In this document: positions 7,736 through 15,210 of the stretch, one piece after another | How the letters are laid out: every line of letters begins with the position of its first letter | Position numbering within the stretch: the first letter of the stretch is position 1 | Assembly (NCBI GenBank): GCA_036478295.1 | Contig: JAZGDW010000268.1 | Location: 1-18,495 of the forward strand | Origin: Candidatus Krumholzibacteriia bacterium | GTDB lineage: Bacteria > Krumholzibacteriota > Krumholzibacteriia > WVZY01 | Reading direction: 5' to 3' | DNA: 18,495 nucleotides | The notes under the pieces: generated by a model | What the model was told of the DNA's origin: nothing | Databases searched by the model: none | Seen by the model: the letters and a program-made list of their open reading frames with translations, nothing else | Translations under genes and position numbers: made by a program

Positions 7736-8314
7736 ATGTCCCAGCGTCCCAGATATCTCCCGTCGCGGGTGTTTTTTACCGGGCTCTTGTGCCTGGTCGT
7801 CCTGTCCGTCGGCTGCGGAGACGACACGGGCCCCGCCGACCCCGGCAAGCTGTGCCGGATGGGGGCCGGGTTCGGCGCGCGCATAGCAGGTATGCCCAAC
7901 GGGGTGGATATGTGCGTTGCCAACGACCGGGTCACTACATTGCTGGATAACGGTTCCCCCGGTCGCTATGACCTGGCGGCCGTTTTCACCACAGCCGACA
8001 GCATCACGATCGAGATCGACATCAGTTTCTTCAGCCACACGAACCTTCCCCAATCCCTCGTCATCACGAACGACCCGAACCTGCCGGGTGCCGACGACGT
8101 GTGGTACTTCTACCGCGAGACCCTGCCGGGCACCTACGATTACTCATCGTTGTCGATTTCCGGAAATTTCACCCTGACATTTTCCGACCCGACGGTGGTG
8201 GTGGCGACATTCAGCTCGCTGCAGGTAAGCCTCGAGGACGCCGGGGGAACACCGGCGGGTTCGCGGATGATTTCGGAGGGTTTTCTGGCGCTGACGCCGG
8301 ACACGGCGCCTTAG
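7736..8314 (+). CDS. Hypothetical lipoprotein
   Basis: Basic N-terminus, hydrophobic stretch and lipobox-like LSVG-C followed by GDDTGP. The mature part is beta-rich with two extra Cys. It has its own promoter; no family recognised. Confidence 0.7.
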   Translation: MSQRPRYLPSRVFFTGLLCLVVLSVGCGDDTGPADPGKLCRMGAGFGARIAGMPNGVDMCVANDRVTTLLDNGSPGRYDLAAVFTTADSITIEIDISFFSHTNLPQSLVITNDPNLPGADDVWYFYRETLPGTYDYSSLSISGNFTLTFSDPTVVVATFSSLQVSLEDAGGTPAGSRMISEGFLALTPDTAP

Positions 8315-8338
8315 CCGGGGGCGTGCGTCGACAGTACG

Positions 8339-9079
8339 TTACTTGCCGACGAGTTTGCGAAACAACATCTTCAGCGGATCGTAGCGTTCATCGACCACGC
8401 GCTCCTTGAGGGGAATGATCGCGTTGTCGGTAATGTGAATGTCTTCCGGGCAAACGGTGGTGCAGCACTTGTTGATGTTGCACAGAAAGATGCCGCCGTC
8501 CTGGTCTATCTGCTCCAGGCGGTTGGCCTTGTCCATGGGATGCATTTCCAGACCGGCGACTCGCACCAGAAAACGCGGTCCGTAGAAGTTCGGGTGCTGG
8601 TCGTGGTTACGCAAGACCTGGCAGACGTCCTGACACATAAAACACTCGATACACTTGCGGAACTCCTGCACGCGGTCGATGTCTTCCTGGTAGTAGATAA
8701 AGTCCGCGTTCTCATCGGGTGAAAAAGGCGTGATCTTCTTGTTCACTTCGTAGTTCCAGGAAACGTCGGCCACCAGGTCCTTGACGTGCGGAAACGCCTT
8801 GATCGGGTGCACGACCACCGGCTCGCCAGGATCGAGATCGTCGAGCCGGGTCTTGCACATGAGCGAGGGGCTGCCGTTGACCTCCGCACTACACGACCCG
8901 CACTTGGCCGCCTTGCAGTTCCAGCGCACGGCCAGGTCCGGGGCCTGCTGGGCCTGCACGGCCAGCACCGCGTCCAGCACCACCCATCCGGTTTCCACGT
9001 CAACGGTGTACTCTACTTCCCGGACTTGCGCGCCTTCACCTCGAAGTATTCTAAGTGTCACGGCATGCGTGTCGCTCAT
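8339..9079 (-). CDS. sdhB: Succinate dehydrogenase/fumarate reductase iron-sulfur subunit (Sdh1/Rv0247c-like)
   Basis: Cluster motifs are RWNCKAAKCGSC...LMC ([2Fe-2S]), CIECFMCQDVC and CNINKCCTTVCP, plus KDLVAD and ITDNAIIPLKER. GGGAG RBS. Confidence 0.95.
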   Translation of the reverse strand: MSDTHAVTLRILRGEGAQVREVEYTVDVETGWVVLDAVLAVQAQQAPDLAVRWNCKAAKCGSCSAEVNGSPSLMCKTRLDDLDPGEPVVVHPIKAFPHVKDLVADVSWNYEVNKKITPFSPDENADFIYYQEDIDRVQEFRKCIECFMCQDVCQVLRNHDQHPNFYGPRFLVRVAGLEMHPMDKANRLEQIDQDGGIFLCNINKCCTTVCPEDIHITDNAIIPLKERVVDERYDPLKMLFRKLVGK

Positions 9080-9103
9080 GCTCTCTCCCGCAAGAAAAGT
9101 ACT

Positions 9104-10840
9104 CTATTTTGCTGGCTTCTTCTCGACCAGGGCCCAGAACTCGTCCGGCATTTTCGGCTTGGGCTGCGTGTGTACTTCGATGGTTCCGTCAGCTCTCTTG
9201 CTCGCAACCGTGTTGAGCTTCTGCCATTTCCCCGTGTCCGTGTCGGGAAAATCAAGGCGTGTGTGGGCGCCGCGGCTCTCTTCTCTCTCCAGCGCGCAGC
9301 GGGCAACAACCTCGGCGACGTCGATCATGCTCTGAAGATCCCAACTGAGATGCCAGCCGTTGTTGTAGATGCGCGATCCTTCGACGCGCACCTTCGACGC
9401 CCGTTCCCGCAGCTCGGGAAACCGCGCGATCGCTGCCTTGAGATCATCGCCGTTGCGCATGATTCCGACCTGGTTTTGCATGACATCCTGCAGCGCGAAC
9501 TGGACGTCGTACGGCGTCTCTTTCCCTTCGGCCGCGAAGGGTTTGAGCAGCGCCTCCTGCGCGGCGGTAATCTCGCTGGCGCTGATCGCCGCGTGAGAGG
9601 CAATGCCCTTCGCTACCTCCGCTGCTGTCTCCCCAGCACGTTTCCCGAAAACCAGCAAATCGGACAGCGAGTTGCCACCGAGACGGTTGGCACCGTGCAT
9701 ACCGCCCGCCACTTCACCGCAAGCGAACAGACCACCGACCGACGACTCGCATGAATCCGGGTCGACTCTCACGCCACCCATCGTGTAGTGCATCGTCGGG
9801 CCGATTTCCATCGGCTTTTTGGTAATGTCCACGTCGGCGAGGTCCTTGAACTGGTGGTACATGCTGGGCAGTTTCTTGATGATGTAATCGGCGGGCTTGT
9901 GCGAAATGTCGAGCCACACACCGCCGTGCTCGGTGCCCCGGCCTTCCTTGACTTCGTTATAAATCGCTTTGGATACGATGTCTCGTGTGGAAAGCTCCAT
10001 GCGCTCGGCGTCATAGTCTTCCATGAAACGCTTTCCCTCGGCGTTGCGCAAGAGGCCGCCCTCACCCCGCACCGCCTCGGTGACGAGAAGTCCCTTAACC
10101 CCCGGCGGCCACACCATGCCGGTGGGATGAAACTGCAGGAACTCCGAGTCGAGCAGTTCCACTCCTGCGTTCAACGCCAGCGCGTGACCGTCACCCGTGT
10201 ACTCCCAAGAGTTGGAGGTCACCTTGTACATCTTGCCGACGCCCCCGGTGGCGAGCACCGTGGCCTTGGCCCTGAAGAGGATAAAACGCCCGTCCTCGCG
10301 CCAGTACGCCAGCGCCCCCACGACCCGTCCGTCGGCCTTGAAGAGGTGGGTCACCGTGCACTCCATGAAAACATCGAAGCCCTGGTGCACCCCCTTGTCC
10401 TGCAACGTGCGGATCATCTCCAGGCCGGTACGGTCCCCCACGTGCGCGAGCCGGTTATGCGTATGCCCGCCGAAGGCGCGCTGGTGGATCTTTCCTTCTT
10501 TCGTGCGATCGAAAACCGCTCCCCACCTTTCCAGCTCGTTCGTCCGTTCCGGCGCTTCCTTGGCGTGGTTCAGCGCCATTTTCCAGTTGTTCAGAAACTT
10601 GCCGCCGAGAATCGTGTCGCGGAAATGCACCTGCCAGTTGTCGCCTTCGCTGACGTTGCTCAACGCCGCCGCCATGCCGCCCTCAGCCATTACCGTGTGC
10701 GCCTTGCCGAGCAGCGACTTGCACACGAGGGCCGTTCGAGTACCGAGCCTCGACGTCTCGATGGCCGCCCGCAGGCCCGCGCCACCCGCGCCGATTACCA
10801 GCACGTCAACGTCAACTGTTTCATAATTTGTCATATTCAT
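9104..10840 (-). CDS. sdhA: Succinate dehydrogenase/fumarate reductase flavoprotein subunit (Sdh1/Rv0248c-like)
   Basis: GAGGAG FAD motif, AHTVMAEGG (covalent-FAD His), QFHPTG, TEAVRGEGG, RD, HYTMGG, HGANRLGGNSL and ESRGAH. Start may be 10840 or 10834. Confidence 0.96.
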   Translation of the reverse strand: MNMTNYETVDVDVLVIGAGGAGLRAAIETSRLGTRTALVCKSLLGKAHTVMAEGGMAAALSNVSEGDNWQVHFRDTILGGKFLNNWKMALNHAKEAPERTNELERWGAVFDRTKEGKIHQRAFGGHTHNRLAHVGDRTGLEMIRTLQDKGVHQGFDVFMECTVTHLFKADGRVVGALAYWREDGRFILFRAKATVLATGGVGKMYKVTSNSWEYTGDGHALALNAGVELLDSEFLQFHPTGMVWPPGVKGLLVTEAVRGEGGLLRNAEGKRFMEDYDAERMELSTRDIVSKAIYNEVKEGRGTEHGGVWLDISHKPADYIIKKLPSMYHQFKDLADVDITKKPMEIGPTMHYTMGGVRVDPDSCESSVGGLFACGEVAGGMHGANRLGGNSLSDLLVFGKRAGETAAEVAKGIASHAAISASEITAAQEALLKPFAAEGKETPYDVQFALQDVMQNQVGIMRNGDDLKAAIARFPELRERASKVRVEGSRIYNNGWHLSWDLQSMIDVAEVVARCALEREESRGAHTRLDFPDTDTGKWQKLNTVASKRADGTIEVHTQPKPKMPDEFWALVEKKPAK

Positions 10841-10881
10841 GGTTCCCGCGTTAGTCGTCCGCCCTGTTACGGTTCATATCG

Positions 10882-11643
10882 CTAAATACTCGGCCACGTA
10901 TTGTAATCCGGAACAACTCCCCACGCCACCAGGCGAATATAGAGGTCGGTCAAGGCCACAAAAATCAGACTGGACCACGCCCAGCGCTTGTGAGCCTCAT
11001 TCCAGCAGCTCACCGTCATCCACGCCTTGTGCTGGGCCTTGGCCGATGACGAGCAGCTGAAACAATTCAGCCTCCCCCCTACCAGGTGCCGAATCGAGTG
11101 GCAGGACAACGAGTACATCATCAGCAGGAACGCGTTGATCAGCAGCACCACCGTTCCCACACCAATGCCGAATTGCCCCTCGTACCAGAAAGCCCTGATG
11201 GCCCCGATCCACAGCAAGACGTTGAATATCACAGCGAGAAACAGAAAATACCGGTGGAAGTTTTGCAGAATGAACGGGAACTTGCCCTCCCCCGTATAGG
11301 TTTTCGTCTGCGAGCCGGTAACCGAGCAGGCTGGCGGGTTGAGGAAGAACGCTTTGTAGTAAGCGCCGCGGTAGTAGTAGCACGTTGCGCGGAACCCGAG
11401 CGGAACCCACAGGATCAGGATGGCCGGTGAGAACTTCCACCAATCGACGTCGATCAACGGTTCGTAGAACGGCGACAGATACGGGCCGTACTCGAAATGC
11501 GTATCGAGAACGACGGCAGAGAGCACCGAGTAAATGCCGAACACACTCAGGCCAAAAACAACCAGCGCCGGTTCCACCCACCAGTTGTCGCGGCGGCCCG
11601 TGCTGAACCAACCAACCTTGCCAACAGTAACAGGGCTGGACAT
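10882..11643 (-). CDS. sdhC: Single-subunit SDH membrane anchor, Rv0249c/Sdh1-SdhC-like (Cys/His motifs rather than SdhCD)
   Basis: About 5 TM segments with YLSPFY.P, SPA.LILW.P.GFR.TCYYYR.AYY, PPAC, QN.HRYF, SCHS.RH and H..WAW.SL....TD.Y.R. ATG at 11643 has a GGGGAGG RBS; the 11757 TTG start lies in the promoter. Confidence 0.85.
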   Translation of the reverse strand: MSSPVTVGKVGWFSTGRRDNWWVEPALVVFGLSVFGIYSVLSAVVLDTHFEYGPYLSPFYEPLIDVDWWKFSPAILILWVPLGFRATCYYYRGAYYKAFFLNPPACSVTGSQTKTYTGEGKFPFILQNFHRYFLFLAVIFNVLLWIGAIRAFWYEGQFGIGVGTVVLLINAFLLMMYSLSCHSIRHLVGGRLNCFSCSSSAKAQHKAWMTVSCWNEAHKRWAWSSLIFVALTDLYIRLVAWGVVPDYNTWPSI

Positions 11644-11710
11644 ACACGCCTCCCCTACATCGTTTCCTGCCGGGTTGTAACTCAAAAAAACCAAACGTAC
11701 TCTGGCCGAA

Positions 11711-11728
11711 TTGCTAATAATTTCACGA
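11711..11728. promoter_or_regulatory. Rex-like (NADH/NAD+ sensor) operator TTGCTAA-taat-TTCACGA
   Basis: Matches 11 of 14 arm positions of TTGTGAA-N4-TTCACAA with an all-AT spacer. It directly abuts the -10 of the sdh promoter and covers the predicted +1. Confidence 0.55.
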
Positions 11729-11757
11729 AGTGTACGCCAAGCGATAATTCCAAGCAA
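11729..11757 (-). promoter_or_regulatory. Sigma70-type promoter TTGCTT-N17-TACACT for the sdhCAB operon
   Basis: On the minus strand, -35 at 11757-11752, a 17-nt spacer, and -10 at 11734-11729. Confidence 0.65.
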
Positions 11758-11825
11758 GGTCTAAACGCGACGTCCCGTAGCAACAGGCGCGTCGAGATTT
11801 CTCCACGCTCTTTGGGGTAACGGTG

Positions 11826-11834
11826 TGCTAGAAT
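11826..11834 (+). promoter_or_regulatory. Extended -10 (TGcTAGAAT) 6 nt before ATG; probable leaderless promoter
   Basis: TG at 11826-11827, TAGAAT at 11829-11834, ATG at 11841. No Shine-Dalgarno. Confidence 0.6.
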
Positions 11835-11840
11835 GCGTGC

Positions 11841-12287
11841 ATGAACCTTATCGCGGTGATCGGTTCGGGCACGTGTACGGACGAAGTACGTCAGATTGCC
11901 TACGAGGTCGGCAAGGGGATCGCCGAAGCCGGTTACCCGCTGATTTGCGGTGGGCTGGGCGGGGTGATGGAGGGCGCATGCCAGGGCGCCTTCGAGGCCG
12001 GCGGGTTGACGATCGGTATCCTGCCCGGCGATAACGCGCGCGAGGCAAATCCCTACGTGATGATTCCCGTGGTTACTGGCGTCGGCTATGCGCGGAACGT
12101 CATCATCGTGCAGTCCGCCAGTGTGCTCATCGCCATTCAGGGCGGCCCGGGCACCCTCTCCGAAGTCGCCTACGCGCTCCAGTTCAATGTCCCTGTGGTC
12201 AGCCTCAACAGTTTCGACGTCTCGCCCGACCTCATTCAGGTGAGCGGGGTCGACGAGGCCCTGCACGAGGCACTGGCCAGAGTGTAA
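11841..12287 (+). CDS. TIGR00725-family / LOG-like (SLOG superfamily) Rossmann-fold nucleotide-binding protein
   Basis: IAVIG, CGGLGGVMEGA..GA...GG.TIGILPG, ANPYV, TG.GYARN and GGPGTLSE (LOG-type GGxGTxxE). Confidence 0.88.
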   Translation: MNLIAVIGSGTCTDEVRQIAYEVGKGIAEAGYPLICGGLGGVMEGACQGAFEAGGLTIGILPGDNAREANPYVMIPVVTGVGYARNVIIVQSASVLIAIQGGPGTLSEVAYALQFNVPVVSLNSFDVSPDLIQVSGVDEALHEALARV

Positions 12288-12313
12288 TTTATTTTATTAA
12301 ACCAGGTTAAACG

Positions 12314-12859
12314 ATGACCACGAGTGCGGACATCGCCGGCACCCGGCTGACCCTGACGCGGGGAGACATCATGCTGCAGGCGACCGAGGCCATTGTCAAC
12401 GCGGCCAACGGCTCGCTGCTCGGGGGTGGCGGCGTCGACGGGGCTATTCATCGTGCCGGGGGGCCGGGGATCCTGGAGGAATGCAAGAAGATCGTGGCGG
12501 AGATCGGCCGCTGTCCCACGGGCGAAGCGGTGATCACTACAGGCGGCGATCTCGAGGCAGCGTGGGTGATACACACCGTCGGGCCGGTGTGGCGAGGCGG
12601 CGGGAACGGTGAAGCGGGGCTTCTCGCATCGGCCTACCGAAATTCGCTGACGCTCGCTACGGCCAGCGGTATCCGCAGCCTGTCTTTTCCGTCGATCAGC
12701 ACCGGCGCCTACCGTTTCCCCATCGCCCGGGCGGCAGAGATCGCGCTCGGCACCGTCTCGGAGGTGCTCGAACAAACGTCGTTCGATGAGGTGAGGTTCG
12801 TTCTTTTTTCCGAGGAAGACCTGAACGTTTACGAGGATACGCTCCCGAAACTGCTTTGA
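12314..12859 (+). CDS. ymdB: Macrodomain protein, MacroD/YmdB type (O-acetyl-ADP-ribose deacetylase / ADP-ribosylhydrolase)
   Basis: GDI, AIVNAAN..LLGGGGVDGAIHRAGG, GEAVIT, VIHTVGP and FPSISTGAYRFP. Confidence 0.92.
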   Translation: MTTSADIAGTRLTLTRGDIMLQATEAIVNAANGSLLGGGGVDGAIHRAGGPGILEECKKIVAEIGRCPTGEAVITTGGDLEAAWVIHTVGPVWRGGGNGEAGLLASAYRNSLTLATASGIRSLSFPSISTGAYRFPIARAAEIALGTVSEVLEQTSFDEVRFVLFSEEDLNVYEDTLPKLL

Positions 12860-12916
12860 CCGCGCGACGGCGGACGTTTCCCCGCTGAATCACGACCCGC
12901 CCGGCTACCCGCCCGT

Positions 12917-12946
12917 TTGATGATCCTCGAGGATAAGGTGTATACT
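12917..12946 (+). promoter_or_regulatory. Sigma70-type promoter TTGATG-N18-TATACT, 6 nt before ATG 12953 (probable leaderless)
   Basis: TTGATG at 12917-12922, TATACT at 12941-12946, ATG at 12953. Confidence 0.55.
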
Positions 12947-12952
12947 CCCGTC

Positions 12953-15175
12953 ATGAATCGCTTGCAAGCTGCCGTCTGTACTGTGGTCATCGTAATCACC
13001 GCCTCTTGCGTGGCGCCTGGGCCGCGTGCGTCCACCGTATCAGGGGCCCGCGATCCGCAGACCGCCGGCAAGAACCGGCCGCTTGTCGCGCCCAAACTGG
13101 AACTCGACCGGTCCGTGTTCCCCGCGTCGCGGGATTGCCGCCTGTCGTCCCGTGCGGCGGCAGATTGCCCGAATCCGACGTACACTACCTTCACGCTGTT
13201 CTATACGGTGGGGTCCGAGCCCGCCTGGGGGTCGCGCGGGTCGATTCGAACGGCGTTTGCGTATCGCTACAACGGCACCTACCTGAATAATCCCGGGCAC
13301 AGGAAGCCGTTCGCATGGCCGAATCTGCAGACGGTGGACCCCGCCGCGCCGGGCTACGTCACCGTACGCGTAAGCAACAACGGCCGGCGGACGCCCCACA
13401 AGAAGAGGCCGCCATCGGATGGTCAGCTACAAATCTGGTTCGACCGCGGTGACTCGGAGACCGTTCTCGTACCGGGGGCCGTCGTGGCCATCACCTTCGG
13501 TGATACGATCGGGGGAAGTCCCGGTTGCCTGGTGCCGCCGCTCGCGTACGACATCGATCTGCTCGTCGAGCAGGATCCGGAAAACGATCGAGTGTTCGAG
13601 CGGGTGGGCGCGGATATGCCGACGCTTCGCATCGTCGGCACCGAGCTCGACATGTTTGATGTTACGGCGCCGTCAATGCCGGCATCCGGGACCTTCACGG
13701 TGACCGTCAAGGCGATGCAGGGGCGGGACGATCCGATGACGAACATGTATATCGTGCAGGAGTATGCCGGAACGATTACGTTCGCGTGCAGCGATACGAC
13801 CGCCGTTCTGCCGGCGGACTACACCTTTCGGCTGGACGATCGAGGCGTTCGATCCTTCGAGGTTACTGTCAACGCGACCGGGGTCCATTGGCTGACGGTC
13901 CGCGACACCGCATCCGGGAAATCGGGTCGAAGCAATCCTGTTATTGTCGAGAACCCGCCGCGGAACGGCACGTTCACCGCCGGTGACGGTTCACGAGCCG
14001 GCGAAGTTTCCAACGGCACGCCGCCGGTGCCACTGGGGCGGCCTGCCGGGCCGAAGCGGCGGCTCTACTGGGGCGTCCTCCACCAGCACACCAACATCGG
14101 GGGCCACGGTTCACAAACTCCGCAGTTTGCCTACAACTATGCCAGGAACGTCGCGCGACTCGATTTCTTTGCGTTGTCCGAACACTGTGAGAATCGCTAT
14201 TTCGACTGGTACTACAACCGGCAGCTCGCGGAGGATTACAACGTACCGGGAGAATTTGTCACGATTGCGGCGAACGAATGGACTTCTCGCACATACGGCC
14301 ATCGTCATGTTCTCTACCTGAACCCCTTCGATGAAGAGAGCTACTGCAGCAAGAGTTACGGCAATCCAACAACCCGGGTCGCGGCTACCCTGGATGAACT
14401 GTTCGACGCCTACGACGGACGCGACGTGCTTTTGCTGCTCCACCACACGGCCTGGAAATACGCGGCCCGGCTCAGGGAGCCGGAAACGGACGACGTGGTG
14501 ATCGGCGACGTGACCAACCCGAACCAGCTTCTCTTTGAAATCTATTCGCACCATGGCAGTTCAGAGCTCCATGACAACGCGCCGTATACGATACACGGCC
14601 ACCCGTCCCACCAGTGGGGACCGGAGAAGAAAGTGTATTTTCAGGACGTGCTGGCTCTGGGCTACAGATTCGGCGTCACGGCGGACGGCGACGACCACAT
14701 GGGAAAACCCGGAGGACACGTCGCCACGGCGGGCCCGTCGGGCTCCGACGAGCACTACAGCCGATTGGGCCTGACCGCCGTCTACGCCACCGAACTCACG
14801 CGGCCCGCCATCTGGGAAGCCTTGAAGTCACGGCGGACCTACGGCACGACGGGGGCGAGAATCGTCGTTGATTTTTCCGTCAACGGCGACTTCATGGGTT
14901 CGGAGATGACGGTTGCCGGTGGGCCGCTCGTACAGGTCGGCGTTATCGGCACCGACACGCTTCGAACCATCTCCATCATCCGTGACGGTTACGACACCGT
15001 TTTCGAGACGCACCCAGGCACCCTGAGCGCCAGCGTGGAATTTGTCGATGCCGATGCGACAAGCGGAAGCACGCACAGCTACTACGCCCGCATCGTGCAG
15101 AACGACGATCATTACGCGTGGACGAGTCCCATTTGGGTGACAATCGAGCCGCCGGGCCGCGAGGGCAACCGCTAG
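12953..15175 (+). CDS. Exported PHP-fold metallohydrolase (DUF3604 / CehA-McbA-like), probable lipoprotein
   Basis: MNR + hydrophobic stretch + TAS-C signal, then beta-rich N-terminal domains. Metal-site motifs are LYWGVLHQHT, LDFFALSEH, NEWT...GHRHV, LHH, EIYSHHGSSE and DGDDH..KPG. These are followed by GLTAV.A.ELTR.AIWEAL..RRTYGTTG and YYARIVQ...AWTSPIWV. Confidence 0.82.
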   Translation: MNRLQAAVCTVVIVITASCVAPGPRASTVSGARDPQTAGKNRPLVAPKLELDRSVFPASRDCRLSSRAAADCPNPTYTTFTLFYTVGSEPAWGSRGSIRTAFAYRYNGTYLNNPGHRKPFAWPNLQTVDPAAPGYVTVRVSNNGRRTPHKKRPPSDGQLQIWFDRGDSETVLVPGAVVAITFGDTIGGSPGCLVPPLAYDIDLLVEQDPENDRVFERVGADMPTLRIVGTELDMFDVTAPSMPASGTFTVTVKAMQGRDDPMTNMYIVQEYAGTITFACSDTTAVLPADYTFRLDDRGVRSFEVTVNATGVHWLTVRDTASGKSGRSNPVIVENPPRNGTFTAGDGSRAGEVSNGTPPVPLGRPAGPKRRLYWGVLHQHTNIGGHGSQTPQFAYNYARNVARLDFFALSEHCENRYFDWYYNRQLAEDYNVPGEFVTIAANEWTSRTYGHRHVLYLNPFDEESYCSKSYGNPTTRVAATLDELFDAYDGRDVLLLLHHTAWKYAARLREPETDDVVIGDVTNPNQLLFEIYSHHGSSELHDNAPYTIHGHPSHQWGPEKKVYFQDVLALGYRFGVTADGDDHMGKPGGHVATAGPSGSDEHYSRLGLTAVYATELTRPAIWEALKSRRTYGTTGARIVVDFSVNGDFMGSEMTVAGGPLVQVGVIGTDTLRTISIIRDGYDTVFETHPGTLSASVEFVDADATSGSTHSYYARIVQNDDHYAWTSPIWVTIEPPGREGNR

Positions 15176-15210
15176 ACGAGAATAATCGGGGACTACGGGT
15201 GGACGACCGA

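Noticed and set aside
7577..8053. 158-aa minus-strand ORF
   Set aside because: It overlaps the lipoprotein antisense and runs through both promoters; no motifs.
8786..10885. Long + strand ORFs (322, 365 and 209 aa) opposite sdhA/sdhB
   Set aside because: Antisense shadows of GC-rich coding sequence; no recognisable motifs.
11841..12859. Thoeris-like anti-phage system (SLOG + Macro)
   Set aside because: No TIR, SIR2 or TM effector is present, and both proteins look like stand-alone housekeeping-type families.
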